Assembly (NCBI GenBank): GCA_945863035.1
Contig: CAMAZH010000004.1
Location: forward strand, 7,313 to 71,312
Direction of reading: 5' to 3'
Origin: Chitinophaga pinensis
Lineage (GTDB): Bacteria; Bacteroidota; Bacteroidia; Bacteroidales; GCA-2748055
Length of the DNA: 64,000 nt
Of the stretch, positions 39,694 to 49,997 are shown piece after piece (the first letter of the stretch is position 1; each line of letters opens with the position of its first letter). The notes beneath the pieces are model-generated. The model was not told the DNA's origin. It saw only the letters and a program-made list of their open reading frames with translations, and made no database searches. A program made the position numbers and the translations under genes.

Positions 39694-42117
39694 ATGCCTA
39701 ACACAAAACCCAAAGATACCAGCTTTGAAGAGTTTGTCCGCGAAGTCCTTGCCGATTTTAAGATAGCCATGGTGAGTCGCCATTGCAGTCTTCTGGCCCG
39801 AAAGGAAGTGCTTACCGGAAAAGCCAAATTCGGAATTTTTGGCGACGGGAAAGAGATTGCACAGATTGCCATGGCTAAGAGTTTTATGCCAGGCGATTGG
39901 CGATCGGGATATTACCGCGACCAAACTTTTATGTTTGCTACGGGAATCAGCAATCCTGAAGAATTTTTTGCCCAGATCTATGGAGACACAGGTCTTGATC
40001 ACAATCCAGGGAACGGTGGCCGCTCCTTCAATAATCACTTTTGTACCCGTACGCTCCGTCCCGATGGCTCCTGGCAAAATCTTGCTGAGCTTAAGAACTC
40101 GGCTGCTGATTTGTCGCCAACTGCAGGTCAGATGCCCCGGCTGGTTGGTTTGGGATATGCATCAAAGTTATTCCGGCAGAACGAGGAACTGCATAAGTAC
40201 AAAGAGTTTTCGAACAATGGCAATGAAGTTGCATTCGGAATGATTGGTGATGCCAGTACTGCAGAAGGTCCTTTTTTCGAGACGGTTAATGCCGCAGCCG
40301 TTCTGCAAATCCCTGTGGCCATTGCCGTATGGGACGATGGTTACGGTATTTCCGTAACCAAGGATCTTCAAATTGTCAAAGCAAGCGTTTCCGAGGCTCT
40401 TAAGGGCTTCGAGAAAAAGGAGGGCGAAAACGGCATCCTGATATATAAAGCATACGGTTGGGATTATGCGGGCTTATGCAAAGTATTTAAAGAGGGAATT
40501 GCAATCTGCCGGGCTGAACATATTCCCGTGCTTTTCCACATCGACGAAATGGTTCAGCCTACCGGCCACTCAACCTCCGGCTCCCACGAGCGCTATAAGA
40601 CAACCGAGCGACTTCAATGGGAAATGGACTACGACCCCATCAAAAAAATGAGGGAATGGATACTCGAAAAGGAAATTGCTACCGAACTCGAGTTGGAACG
40701 GATTGATGCCGAAGCCGAGAAAGAGGTTCGGGAAGCACGTAACCGTGCATGGAAGCACTATATTGGCCCGATTGAAAAGGAGAGAAGCGAAATACTGGCG
40801 ATCATTGAAAACCGCGGCTGCCAGTGTAAAGCCGATAAATTCGACAAAGTAGGGGCTTATGCGAGCAACCTCAAAAAAATTATTAACCCGATCCGTAAAG
40901 ACAATCTTAGCACTGCCAAACGGATTCTCCGGCATGTTTGTCTCGATTGCCCCGGGCGCCAGGAGCTGCAAAGCAAGCTGTCCGCCTGGCTGGAAGCGGA
41001 AAAGCGGAAAAATGTGGACCGGTATAATACCACTCTCTACAACGAAACCGAGCGTTCCGCATTAAAAGTAAAACCCTTGCCCCCCATGTACAGCGATGAC
41101 CCGGAAATGGTTAACGGGAGAGAGATTATTCAGGGCAACTTCGACAAGCTATTTCAGAAACTTCCGCTGTTGGTCACTTTTGGGGAAGATACGGGCAAAA
41201 TCGGCGATGTCAACAAAGCATTGGAGGGATTGCAGGATAAATACGGCGAATTGAGAATAACCGACACCGGCATACGTGAAACAACCATTCTGGGTCAGGG
41301 AATAGGTATGGCATTGCGAGGTCTCAGACCGATTGCTGAGATTCAGTATTTCGATTATCTCCTCTATGGTTTGCAGACGCTGAGCGATGATCTGGCAACA
41401 CTTCACTGGCGCACCAAGGCCGGACAGGCAGCTCCGCTGATCGTAAGAACCCGTGGACACCGACTTGAAGGCATTTGGCATTCAGGATCGCCTATGGGGA
41501 TGGTGATTAACGCCATCAGGGGAATGTATGTCTGCGTTCCACGGGATATGACCCGTGCCGCCGGTTTTTACAATACCCTTTTAGCTGCCGACGACCCGGC
41601 AATCGTTATCGAACCTTTGAATGGATACAGGCTTAAAGAAGCTCTTCCCGAGAATATCGGCGAGTTTAAAATCCCGCTGGGCGTTCCTGAAATCTTAAAG
41701 GAAGGAACCGATATTACACTCGTTACCTACGGATCGTGCGTGAGAATTGCAATAAATGCGATTGAGCAACTGGAAGAATTCGGAATAAGCGTTGAACTAA
41801 TCGACGTGCAAACCCTTTTGCCCTTTGACATCAACCATATTATCGCCAAATCGGTTAAGAAGACCAGTAAGGTTGTCTTTTTCGATGAGGATGTTCCCGG
41901 GGGAGCCACAGCTTTTATGATGCAAAAAGTGCTTGAGGAGCAAAAGGCCTTCTTCAGTCTCGATGCAGAACCTCGCACCATTTGTGCAAAGGATCACCGA
42001 CCGGCGTATGGAACCGATGGGGATTATTTCTCCAATCCCAATGCAGAAGATGTTTTCGAAACGCTTTATGGCATCATGAACGATACCAATCCCTCGAAAT
42101 TCCCTTTGCTTTATTGA
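39694..42117 (+). CDS. Fused alpha/beta E1 2-oxoacid (branched-chain-like) dehydrogenase
   Basis: GYYRD, GDAST.EG TPP motif, GEDTG, IRETTILG, EIQY.DY, HSGSP. Confidence 0.9.
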   Translation: MPNTKPKDTSFEEFVREVLADFKIAMVSRHCSLLARKEVLTGKAKFGIFGDGKEIAQIAMAKSFMPGDWRSGYYRDQTFMFATGISNPEEFFAQIYGDTGLDHNPGNGGRSFNNHFCTRTLRPDGSWQNLAELKNSAADLSPTAGQMPRLVGLGYASKLFRQNEELHKYKEFSNNGNEVAFGMIGDASTAEGPFFETVNAAAVLQIPVAIAVWDDGYGISVTKDLQIVKASVSEALKGFEKKEGENGILIYKAYGWDYAGLCKVFKEGIAICRAEHIPVLFHIDEMVQPTGHSTSGSHERYKTTERLQWEMDYDPIKKMREWILEKEIATELELERIDAEAEKEVREARNRAWKHYIGPIEKERSEILAIIENRGCQCKADKFDKVGAYASNLKKIINPIRKDNLSTAKRILRHVCLDCPGRQELQSKLSAWLEAEKRKNVDRYNTTLYNETERSALKVKPLPPMYSDDPEMVNGREIIQGNFDKLFQKLPLLVTFGEDTGKIGDVNKALEGLQDKYGELRITDTGIRETTILGQGIGMALRGLRPIAEIQYFDYLLYGLQTLSDDLATLHWRTKAGQAAPLIVRTRGHRLEGIWHSGSPMGMVINAIRGMYVCVPRDMTRAAGFYNTLLAADDPAIVIEPLNGYRLKEALPENIGEFKIPLGVPEILKEGTDITLVTYGSCVRIAINAIEQLEEFGISVELIDVQTLLPFDINHIIAKSVKKTSKVVFFDEDVPGGATAFMMQKVLEEQKAFFSLDAEPRTICAKDHRPAYGTDGDYFSNPNAEDVFETLYGIMNDTNPSKFPLLY

Positions 42118-43605
42118 TTAAACGTCAAGGCGCGACTCGTCGTAATCGACCTTTTCGGGAATCTCCCCGTCTTTATATCTCCTGATCTTATAATTAAGAC
42201 GGGCAATTGCTATGGAGACAAATGGATTGATGATATTGAAAAAGCAATAAGGTAAGTACGTCCAGGTGCTCACTCCCAGCACCTTGGATTGTGTGGCTCC
42301 GCAAGTATTCCATGGTATCAGTACGCTCGTGAGCGTTCCCCCGTCTTCCAGTGTCCTGCTAAGCAATTCCGGTTTATATCCTCGCTTTCGGTATATGTCC
42401 GCAAACATCCGTCCCGGAACCACAATAGAAATGTATTGATCCGAAGCTGTGATATTAAAGAAAATGCTGGTTGCTATGGTTGTGGCAACGAGGCTACCCG
42501 TGCTTTTGGCAAACCGGATAATCGACTGTGTAATTCTCACCAGCATTCCGGCTGATTCCATAGTTCCCCCGAAAATCATAGCTGCCATAATGAGCCATAT
42601 CGTGTTCAGCATGCCCGACATACCACTGGTAGAGAGCAGCTCATCAACCATCCCATTTTGAGTTACAACACTTACGTGTCCGTACATGGCTTGCATTACA
42701 GTGATATACGATGCCTTAAAGAAATTGTCGTGGATCCCGGAGATTTCGGCAATAAGGTGAGGCTGAAAAATAATTGCAAAGAGACCTCCAAGCAAACTGC
42801 CGGCAAGAATTGAAGGCAGGGGCGGTACTTTTTTAATTATAATTACGATAAGGGTTATAGGAACCAGGAAAAGCCAGGGGGTTATGGTGAATCGGCTTTC
42901 AATAGCTTTAATAACGGCAGGGATATCTGTTGAGGTTTCCTGAAAATCATAATTAAAGCCAATTACCAGAAAAATCAAAAGACAGAGAATCATACTTGGA
43001 GTGGTGGTAATTGCCATGTAACGGATATGGGTGAACAGATCGGTTCCTGCCATGGCGGGGGCTAGATTCGTCGTGTCGGACAGAGGCGACATTTTATCTC
43101 CGAAATACGAGCCTGAAATTACAGCGCCGGCAATAATACCTTCGTGAAGACCAAAAGTTTTACCAATACCAACCAGGGCAATGCCTATGGTTGCAACCGT
43201 AGACCATGAACTTCCGGTTGCCAGCGACACAATGGCTGTTATAACCACAGTTGCAAAGAGGAATATCGAGGGATGGAAGAGTTTCAGACCGTAACAAATC
43301 ATGGCCGGTACAACCCCGCTTATCATCCAGGTTCCTGCAAGGGCGCCGATGAGCAGAAGAATCAGTATCGATGGCATTGCAGAACCTATCGAAAGGACTA
43401 TCTTTTTCCGCACATAGGTCCATGAATAGCCAAGCCTTACAGCAATAATTCCCGCAATAGCAGCCCCAAGGGTCAGGGCTATCTGATTGGCACCGTTAAG
43501 GGTATTATCCCCAAAATAAAGAACGTTGAAAAACAACATACAGATGAGCAGCACAATGGGGATCAGCGCCTGAAGCAGGGAAGGGTTTTTTCCGGTCCTA
43601 TTCAT
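42118..43605 (-). CDS. nhaC: Na+/H+ antiporter NhaC family
   Basis: TGSSWST, SGSYFGDKMSPLSDTTNLA, LSRTLED, LIPWN. Confidence 0.92.
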   Translation of the reverse strand: MNRTGKNPSLLQALIPIVLLICMLFFNVLYFGDNTLNGANQIALTLGAAIAGIIAVRLGYSWTYVRKKIVLSIGSAMPSILILLLIGALAGTWMISGVVPAMICYGLKLFHPSIFLFATVVITAIVSLATGSSWSTVATIGIALVGIGKTFGLHEGIIAGAVISGSYFGDKMSPLSDTTNLAPAMAGTDLFTHIRYMAITTTPSMILCLLIFLVIGFNYDFQETSTDIPAVIKAIESRFTITPWLFLVPITLIVIIIKKVPPLPSILAGSLLGGLFAIIFQPHLIAEISGIHDNFFKASYITVMQAMYGHVSVVTQNGMVDELLSTSGMSGMLNTIWLIMAAMIFGGTMESAGMLVRITQSIIRFAKSTGSLVATTIATSIFFNITASDQYISIVVPGRMFADIYRKRGYKPELLSRTLEDGGTLTSVLIPWNTCGATQSKVLGVSTWTYLPYCFFNIINPFVSIAIARLNYKIRRYKDGEIPEKVDYDESRLDV

Positions 43606-43910
43606 GTTTTCAGATTCAAAGCGGGAAGATAATGATTTATTTGTTGTTTTTGCGGTTTTCGATCCGCGACGCTTTATGGTTATGTGGAAGCGAACCGGCC
43701 ATTTTGTGATTTGCGTAATCAGGAATGAGGAAAAATTCTTAAAATACAGGCAACTTTTTCTTTCAGAAAAAGGTCTTATTTTTATATCCTTAAAAAACAG
43801 TTGCCTGACAACTTTTTTATGATCTTTATCAAATAGCTGTCTTTTTTTTGAATTATTGATCTAAGGCATAGTAAATTCACATCAGTTTTAAACCGAGGAA
43901 ACCACAAGCT

Positions 43911-44498
43911 ATGAACATAAATATTGATTTCTTCAAAATTACGAACAACAAGGTTGCTTCGAAGGGAAGAGTCCTCATAGCAGAACCCTTTCTCAACGAT
44001 ACATATTTTAAGCGTTCGGTGGTTTTTATTACAGAGCATAACGAAGAAGGCTCTGTTGGATTTGTATTGAATAAACCTATTGAATTAAAGGTGCAGGATG
44101 TGATTCAGAATTTCCCGTTTATCGATTCGGGCATCAGCATCGGAGGGCCCGTTAATACCAATACTCTCCATTATATTCATACTTTGGGCGACTTGATCCC
44201 CGAAAGCATTAATGTGTTGGATAATATTTATTGGGGTGGGGATTTCGAAACTCTGAAGGATTTAATTGCCAAGGGAAAGGTAAGCAAAGATCAAGTGCGC
44301 TTTTTCCTGGGATACTCAGGTTGGGGAGCTCAGCAACTCGAAAATGAGTTAAGCGACAGCGCATGGCTGGTTGCCGAAATGAATGCCGAAATGATTATGA
44401 ATGGGGACGAGGCAGGCTTCTGGAACAAAACTCTTGAGAAAATGGATAACAAGTACCAGGTGTGGGCAAACTTCCCCGAAAACCCTGGCCTTAACTAA
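43911..44498 (+). CDS. YqgE/AlgH family protein
   Basis: F.RSV...EH..GS.G.VLN, GGPV, FFLGYSGW...QL. Confidence 0.9.
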   Translation: MNINIDFFKITNNKVASKGRVLIAEPFLNDTYFKRSVVFITEHNEEGSVGFVLNKPIELKVQDVIQNFPFIDSGISIGGPVNTNTLHYIHTLGDLIPESINVLDNIYWGGDFETLKDLIAKGKVSKDQVRFFLGYSGWGAQQLENELSDSAWLVAEMNAEMIMNGDEAGFWNKTLEKMDNKYQVWANFPENPGLN

Positions 44499-44994
44499 TC
44501 CTTCCTATTTCTTTTATTTTAGGTATGACCAGCCTCAAGTCCTGGTTTGCTTCTGTCTTTATGCTTACAAGACCAACTTTTTGTCCGGCTTCAATATCTG
44601 TTTCCCTGTCGCCGATAAAGAATGATTCTTTCACATTGACAGAAAACCTCGAAATCGCCTTCTCAATGAGCACCGTATCAGGTTTCCGACAAATGCATCG
44701 CTCGTTTTCAGGGTGGTGAGGGCAATAATAGATTTCATCGAAGAAAAGCTCGTGGGCTTTTAGCATTGCAGCCATTTTATCGTGGACCTTGTCGGCATCA
44801 TTAATGGTATATACCCTCTTGGAAATCCCTCCCTGATTCGAAATAATGATGAGAAGGTAGCCCTGCTCCTTGAGCCATTTCAAGAGTTCGATAACCCCGG
44901 GATTCAACTCGAAATCATTGGGGTCTGAAACGTAGTAATAACCTGAATCGTTGTTGATTACCCCGTCGCGGTCAAAAAATACTGCCTTATTCAT
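44491..44994 (-). CDS. gmhB: D-glycero-D-manno-heptose bisphosphate phosphatase (HAD IIIA)
   Basis: DRDGVIN, SNQGG, CPHHP....C.CRKP, IGDRETD. Confidence 0.85.
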   Translation of the reverse strand: MNKAVFFDRDGVINNDSGYYYVSDPNDFELNPGVIELLKWLKEQGYLLIIISNQGGISKRVYTINDADKVHDKMAAMLKAHELFFDEIYYCPHHPENERCICRKPDTVLIEKAISRFSVNVKESFFIGDRETDIEAGQKVGLVSIKTEANQDLRLVIPKIKEIGRIS

Positions 44995-44997
44995 AAT

Positions 44998-45615
44998 CTA
45001 CAAACCGAGTTGACTGATAAATTGGCTCACTAAGCCTGGATAAAGAAAAATGGGGTAAATTATACCATATATCGCTCCCCAGAGATGGGCATCGTGGTTG
45101 ATGTGGTCTTTGTCTTTCCGGCCCATATAGCTGGAATATCCCAGATAGAGTATACCGAAAACGATTCCCGGCATGGGCAGAATCCCGTAAAGCAGTATTT
45201 TTTCCAGAGGGGAAAAGAAAATGCTGGTGAAAAGGACCGCCGAAACAGCCCCCGACGCCCCAACCGCAATATAGTAGGGGTCTTTCCGCTTCTTCAGGTA
45301 AGTCGTTAGGCTTGAAATCACGATAGCTGAAAAATATAAGACCAAAAAACTCACGAAACCGGATTGAATATGCCCTGCGTTTTCAAGAAAGCCGAACTCC
45401 CGCTCTACATATAATCCAAATGAAAACAGAACCACCATGTTTATCAGCAGGTGAATCCAATCGGCATGCAAAAAAGCATGCGAAACAAACCTGAAAAACT
45501 CTTTGCGCTGAGCAATACGGTAGGGCGAAAAGTCGTAACGACTCATAATTACCGGGTTCTGAAATGCAATGAATGAAACAATTGCAGTGAGAATAACCAA
45601 TGTGATTGTCACCAT
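44998..45615 (-). CDS. Rhomboid family intramembrane serine protease
   Basis: FLHADW.HL..NM, GASG, HDAHLWGA. Confidence 0.92.
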   Translation of the reverse strand: MVTITLVILTAIVSFIAFQNPVIMSRYDFSPYRIAQRKEFFRFVSHAFLHADWIHLLINMVVLFSFGLYVEREFGFLENAGHIQSGFVSFLVLYFSAIVISSLTTYLKKRKDPYYIAVGASGAVSAVLFTSIFFSPLEKILLYGILPMPGIVFGILYLGYSSYMGRKDKDHINHDAHLWGAIYGIIYPIFLYPGLVSQFISQLGL

Positions 45616-45617
45616 TA

Positions 45618-46640
45618 TCAATGTAGGATTTTAAAAATTAGCTCTTTCAACAAATCTCCGGCGTCGGTCGATGCGTTTCCATACCCTTTTGATTTAATAT
45701 CGTACTCGCGCAACATCGAAATGATCTGCAACACTTTAGACGAGTTGTAATTTCTTGCCGCGTTTTCGTATTCGGAAACAAAGAAGGGATTTACTTTCAG
45801 AGTTGCAGCTACAGTGTTTCTCGATTTATCAGTTAGGCTGTGGTACACTAAGATCTTGCTGAAAAAAAGATATAGCATCGAAAGGGTGACGGCAATATTA
45901 TTGTTTTTCTGGTTTTCGGCGAAATAGTTGATGATCTGGTTGGCTTTCAGGATATCTTTCGTTCCCAGAGCGTTTTGCAGTTCAAAGTTATTGTACTCTT
46001 TGCTGATGCCAATATTTTTCTCAATGTCTTGCGAAGTAATCGTTTTGGTATTGTCGGCCAACACAATTACAAGTTTGTCGAGTTCGTTTGAAATCCTTGA
46101 AAGATCGTTGCCCAGAAACTCGGTTAGAAGAATAGCTGCTTTGGGCTCGATTTTGTAATGCCGTTTGGCAAGGTTGTTTGAAATCCATTCGGGAATCTTG
46201 TTGTCATAAAGTTTCTTGGATTCGTAATATACTGCGTTTTCCTGAAGAGACTTGTATATAACCTTCCTTTTGTCGAGGCTTTTATACTTGTAGTTAAAGA
46301 CTAAAAGGGTTGATTTCAGGGGATTCTTGATGTAATGAATCAGATCGTCGAAGTTTTTGAGCTCCTGTGCCTCTTTCACAATCACCAACTGGTAGTTTGC
46401 CATCATGGGGAAACGGCGCGCAATATTGGTTACAGCAGCGGCGTCCGCGTCCTTACCGTAGACAACGGTTTGGTTGAACGACTTCTCCGCTTCCGTTAGC
46501 ACATTTTGCATGATATATTCGGTAAGCTTATCGATATAATAAGGCTCCTCACCGCACAAAAAATAAATGGGGCGATAGATCTTATTTTTAAGATCCTTGA
46601 ATAACTGTTCAATGCTGATGCTGGTTTGAGGACTGGCCAT
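45618..46640 (-). CDS. holA: DNA polymerase III delta subunit
   Basis: YFLCGEEPYYID, FPMM, ELDKL, IGISKEYNNFEL. Confidence 0.92.
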   Translation of the reverse strand: MASPQTSISIEQLFKDLKNKIYRPIYFLCGEEPYYIDKLTEYIMQNVLTEAEKSFNQTVVYGKDADAAAVTNIARRFPMMANYQLVIVKEAQELKNFDDLIHYIKNPLKSTLLVFNYKYKSLDKRKVIYKSLQENAVYYESKKLYDNKIPEWISNNLAKRHYKIEPKAAILLTEFLGNDLSRISNELDKLVIVLADNTKTITSQDIEKNIGISKEYNNFELQNALGTKDILKANQIINYFAENQKNNNIAVTLSMLYLFFSKILVYHSLTDKSRNTVAATLKVNPFFVSEYENAARNYNSSKVLQIISMLREYDIKSKGYGNASTDAGDLLKELIFKILH

Positions 46641-46645
46641 ACTTT

Positions 46646-47419
46646 TTAGTCGAATCTCATATGTTTGACGGAAATGCCGTGGTTTTTAAGTTCCTTAAGC
46701 GAATCGACCCCGATCAGAAGGTGTTCCTTCACAAAATTTTTGCTGACCGATTTATCGCTCTCACTGGTTTTAACTCCGGAAGAGATCATCGGCTGATCCG
46801 TCACAAGCAATAGTGCGCCGGTTGGTATTTCATTTACAAATCCTACGGTGAAGATGGTTGCGGTTTCCATGTCAATTGCCATGGAGCGTGTTCCGCGAAG
46901 GTATTCCTTGAAATCCTCATCAAATTCCCATACCCTGCGATTGGTGGTGTAAACCGTTCCCGTCCAGTAGTCCCTCCCTTTGCTCCTGATGGTGGACGAA
47001 ACGGCTCTCTGGAGCTTAAATGCCGGCAAACTGGGTATTTCAGGGGGTAGGTATTCATTGGAAGTGCCTTCTCCTTTAATTGCAGCGATGGGAAGGATCA
47101 GATCGCCCAGTTCGTTTTTTCGCTTTAGTCCCCCGCATTTGCCCAGAAACAAAACTGCTTTGGGCAGAACGGCACTCAGTAAATCCATTATGGTTGCGGC
47201 GTTTGCACTGCCCATACCAAAGTTGATTATTGTAATCCCATCGGCTGTGGCGCAGGGCATGGGGACCCGCTTATTAATGACTTTTGTTTTGTAGGTGGCA
47301 CAAAACAAATCCAGATACTGACTGAAGTTGGTTAATAAAACATATTTCCCGAAGGAATCCAAACTGCATCCTGTGTACCGTGGAAGCCAATTATCAACAA
47401 TCTCCTGTTTTGTCTTCAT
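46646..47419 (-). CDS. amn: AMP nucleosidase (short Bacteroidota type)
   Basis: NWLPRYTG, LLTNF, GMGSANAAT, TNRRVWE, DMETAT. Confidence 0.9.
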   Translation of the reverse strand: MKTKQEIVDNWLPRYTGCSLDSFGKYVLLTNFSQYLDLFCATYKTKVINKRVPMPCATADGITIINFGMGSANAATIMDLLSAVLPKAVLFLGKCGGLKRKNELGDLILPIAAIKGEGTSNEYLPPEIPSLPAFKLQRAVSSTIRSKGRDYWTGTVYTTNRRVWEFDEDFKEYLRGTRSMAIDMETATIFTVGFVNEIPTGALLLVTDQPMISSGVKTSESDKSVSKNFVKEHLLIGVDSLKELKNHGISVKHMRFD

Positions 47420-47466
47420 CTTGTTACTGTTTTTTATACTTTAGCTCCCGTATTGACTCCGGTATT

Positions 47467-47934
47467 ATGAAAGCCTTAAATTTACCAACTTATTCCCTTA
47501 AAATAAAATCGGAAAACGATCTTGAGTATGTTTATGATCAGTTTCGGAAAAAATATGTTCGTTTAACACCCGAAGAATGGGTGCGACAGAATTTTTCCCA
47601 TTATCTGGTTAATGAGAAACTCTATCCCGCTTCAAGGATGATGCTTGAAAAATCCCTAAGCGTAAACAAACTTTCCAAACGTTGCGATATTCTGATTTGC
47701 AATGACAACGGGAATCCTGTGGTGATGGTCGAATGCAAATCCCCCGAAATAAAAATTGGACAGAACACCTTTGAGCAGGTTTCTATATACAACATTGCCT
47801 TTCGCGTCAAATATCTGATAATAACCAATGGCTTGCAACATTTTTGCTGCGGGGTGGATTTCGAAAGCCGCAGTGTGGATTTTCTGAGCGAGATACCTGA
47901 ATATGACAAAATCAGGAGTTCAGATTCGAACTAA
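47467..47934 (+). CDS. Stand-alone type I restriction HsdR N-terminal domain protein
   Basis: RKKYV.LTPEEWVRQ, CD...VECK (PD-D/ExK), QVSIYN, TNG. Confidence 0.85.
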   Translation: MKALNLPTYSLKIKSENDLEYVYDQFRKKYVRLTPEEWVRQNFSHYLVNEKLYPASRMMLEKSLSVNKLSKRCDILICNDNGNPVVMVECKSPEIKIGQNTFEQVSIYNIAFRVKYLIITNGLQHFCCGVDFESRSVDFLSEIPEYDKIRSSDSN

Positions 47935-48447
47935 TTGGAGGAAATACTCCGATAACCATTGTTCTCCCTTTTTTATCCAATCTTTTTTCTGCCCGGTAAT
48001 CACATAGCCCTGCTTTATAAACAGATTGAGGCTTTCCTTGTTGTCTTCGCAAATATTGCAGTACAGCTGCTTCAGCCCCAGTGTTCCAAATGCATACTCC
48101 CTGAGGCTCTCCAAAGCTTCAGTAGCAAAACCCTGATTGCGGTCCTGCTCATCACCAATGAGAATCCCAACGCCCGCTCTCTGGTTAAACGGGTCGAAAT
48201 CAAACAGGTCGATTGCGCCGATAATTGAAGCATTGGATTTCTTTTGAATAACCAGGCGAAGTTGTTTTGCTTCAAAGATATCCTGATGCGCCTGCTCCAT
48301 ATATTTTTTTAAGGTGTACTTTGAAAACGGGGTAAGCGTATTGCTTAAATGCCAAATGGCAGGGTCGTTTTCCCAGATATACAAAATATCAAGATCTTCG
48401 GGTTCAAGTGCGCGAAGCTGAATACGGGAATTCTCGAGAATCTGCAT
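47920..48447 (-). CDS. GNAT (RimJ/RimL-type) N-acetyltransferase
   Basis: LRALEPED, WEND, IDLFDFDP...RAGVGI, RNQGFA. Confidence 0.88.
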   Translation of the reverse strand: MQILENSRIQLRALEPEDLDILYIWENDPAIWHLSNTLTPFSKYTLKKYMEQAHQDIFEAKQLRLVIQKKSNASIIGAIDLFDFDPFNQRAGVGILIGDEQDRNQGFATEALESLREYAFGTLGLKQLYCNICEDNKESLNLFIKQGYVITGQKKDWIKKGEQWLSEYFLQLVRI

Positions 48448-48515
48448 AATGGACAATATTTTACGGGAGTGCAATTGAATCTTAAATAGAAACTATAAGG
48501 AAAAGTTATTCGTCT

Positions 48516-49967
48516 CTACTGATCTTCATAAAGTACGTTAAACGATTTCCCCTCAGAGGATTTGGCTTTGAAAGAGTCAGTCTTGTTATCATAGCTCACT
48601 TCAATCTTTTCATTGCTTTCACTGACTGTCAAAGTAATTGTAAATTTCTTATCGAATTTTGGATCAGTTGAAATCCGGGGAGCCGTGAAAGGAAGTATTT
48701 CCAATTTATAGATATCTTCTTTTCCGAGACCGCTATCGTCAAAAAGGGTCATGTAGGCGGTTTTCCCATTAGTTAAAGGGAAATAGCCTATGTCGTCATT
48801 AGTGGTGTTAACGGGATAGCCAAGATTGATGGCATCTTCGAATTGGTTGTATCTATTTATAAGGGAGTAAAACACATCAAATCCCCCCATGTTGAAATGC
48901 CCTTTTGAGCTAAAGAACAGGGTTTTTCCGTCACCAGACATTTGCGGGGTTTCTTCGTCAAACTCGGTGTTTATGGTCGACCCGAGGTTTTCTGCGGGTC
49001 CCCAATCACCAACTGACTGTTTTCTGGAAACAAAGATATCAAGTCCGCCAAAACTCTCGCTTCGGTTACTTGTAAAGTATAAATTTTTGCCATCGGGCGA
49101 TAGGGAGGCAAATGTTTCGTTGCTCTTTGTGTTGATGTTTTTGCTAAGGGGAATGGCTTTGCTCCAAAGATTTCCATCAAATTTGCTTACATAGATATCG
49201 CTGTTGTTGTTGTCTTGTTGTACAAGAAGCAATTCTTTGCCATCCGCGGAAAGAAAAGTTGGCCTCATATCCCCATCGGAGCCGATCTGGGGTGTGATAT
49301 TTATCGGGATGCTCCACACTCCATCGGTTTTGTGTGAGTACATGACAGCCTCATAGAATTTCTGGCTGTTCATAAACACCATGATGTTTTCATCCGACGA
49401 CAGAACAGGTGAATAATCGGATGAGGATGTGTTAACAGGAGAGCCAACATTCGTTTTGGCAAGGTTGAGAGGGGAGTCCTTAATGATTTTTGCACGCTCG
49501 CAAATTTTAATCTCGGCTTCAACAATCCTTATGTTGTATTTCTTCTCGAAATCCTTGATGCTTTTAAACCGCTCGTAACTGTCGAGCGCCTTATCGAGAT
49601 CATTGTTCATGCGGTATGCGTTGCCAAGATAAAACCAGGCATGATGCGGGGCTTTATTTTCGTCCAGGTCTTTGGGACGATACTTCATCGTGATATTCAT
49701 CACCGCCTTTTCAAGATATTCAATTGCCTTTGACTCTTGTCCCCGTATATTAAGATAGGTCATCCCGGTGCGAAAATTATAATTCGCGTTATCGGGTTGG
49801 CGTTTGGTTATCTTGAGAAAAAGAAACAAAGCTTCCTCGTATTCGCCGGTAGAAAAGAAATATTCAGCATCATCAAAAAGATCATCAATATCATCCTGAT
49901 CCTTCTGCGCATTAGCCAGGTTGAAGCTAAAAAATAGAATTCCAAGGATATAAAGTATTCTTCGCAT
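48516..49967 (-). CDS. Secreted TPR + PD40 (WD40-like) protein, no OmpA domain
   Basis: Signal peptide, TPRs, SPDGKNLYFTSNR, GGLDIF, NLGYPVNTTNDD. Confidence 0.85.
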   Translation of the reverse strand: MRRILYILGILFFSFNLANAQKDQDDIDDLFDDAEYFFSTGEYEEALFLFLKITKRQPDNANYNFRTGMTYLNIRGQESKAIEYLEKAVMNITMKYRPKDLDENKAPHHAWFYLGNAYRMNNDLDKALDSYERFKSIKDFEKKYNIRIVEAEIKICERAKIIKDSPLNLAKTNVGSPVNTSSSDYSPVLSSDENIMVFMNSQKFYEAVMYSHKTDGVWSIPINITPQIGSDGDMRPTFLSADGKELLLVQQDNNNSDIYVSKFDGNLWSKAIPLSKNINTKSNETFASLSPDGKNLYFTSNRSESFGGLDIFVSRKQSVGDWGPAENLGSTINTEFDEETPQMSGDGKTLFFSSKGHFNMGGFDVFYSLINRYNQFEDAINLGYPVNTTNDDIGYFPLTNGKTAYMTLFDDSGLGKEDIYKLEILPFTAPRISTDPKFDKKFTITLTVSESNEKIEVSYDNKTDSFKAKSSEGKSFNVLYEDQ

Positions 49968-49997
49968 AGTTTATTTGTAACCTGTACTAGATTAACA

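Noticed and set aside
44998-45615. Rhomboid as sortase for the C-terminally anchored 1369-aa protein
   Set aside because: It sits in the ordinary holA cluster 7 kb away and the target tail lacks a clear GlyGly-CTERM motif
47467-47934. Type I restriction-modification defence system
   Set aside because: Only the stand-alone N-terminal domain beside amn/holA; no hsdM, hsdS or helicase
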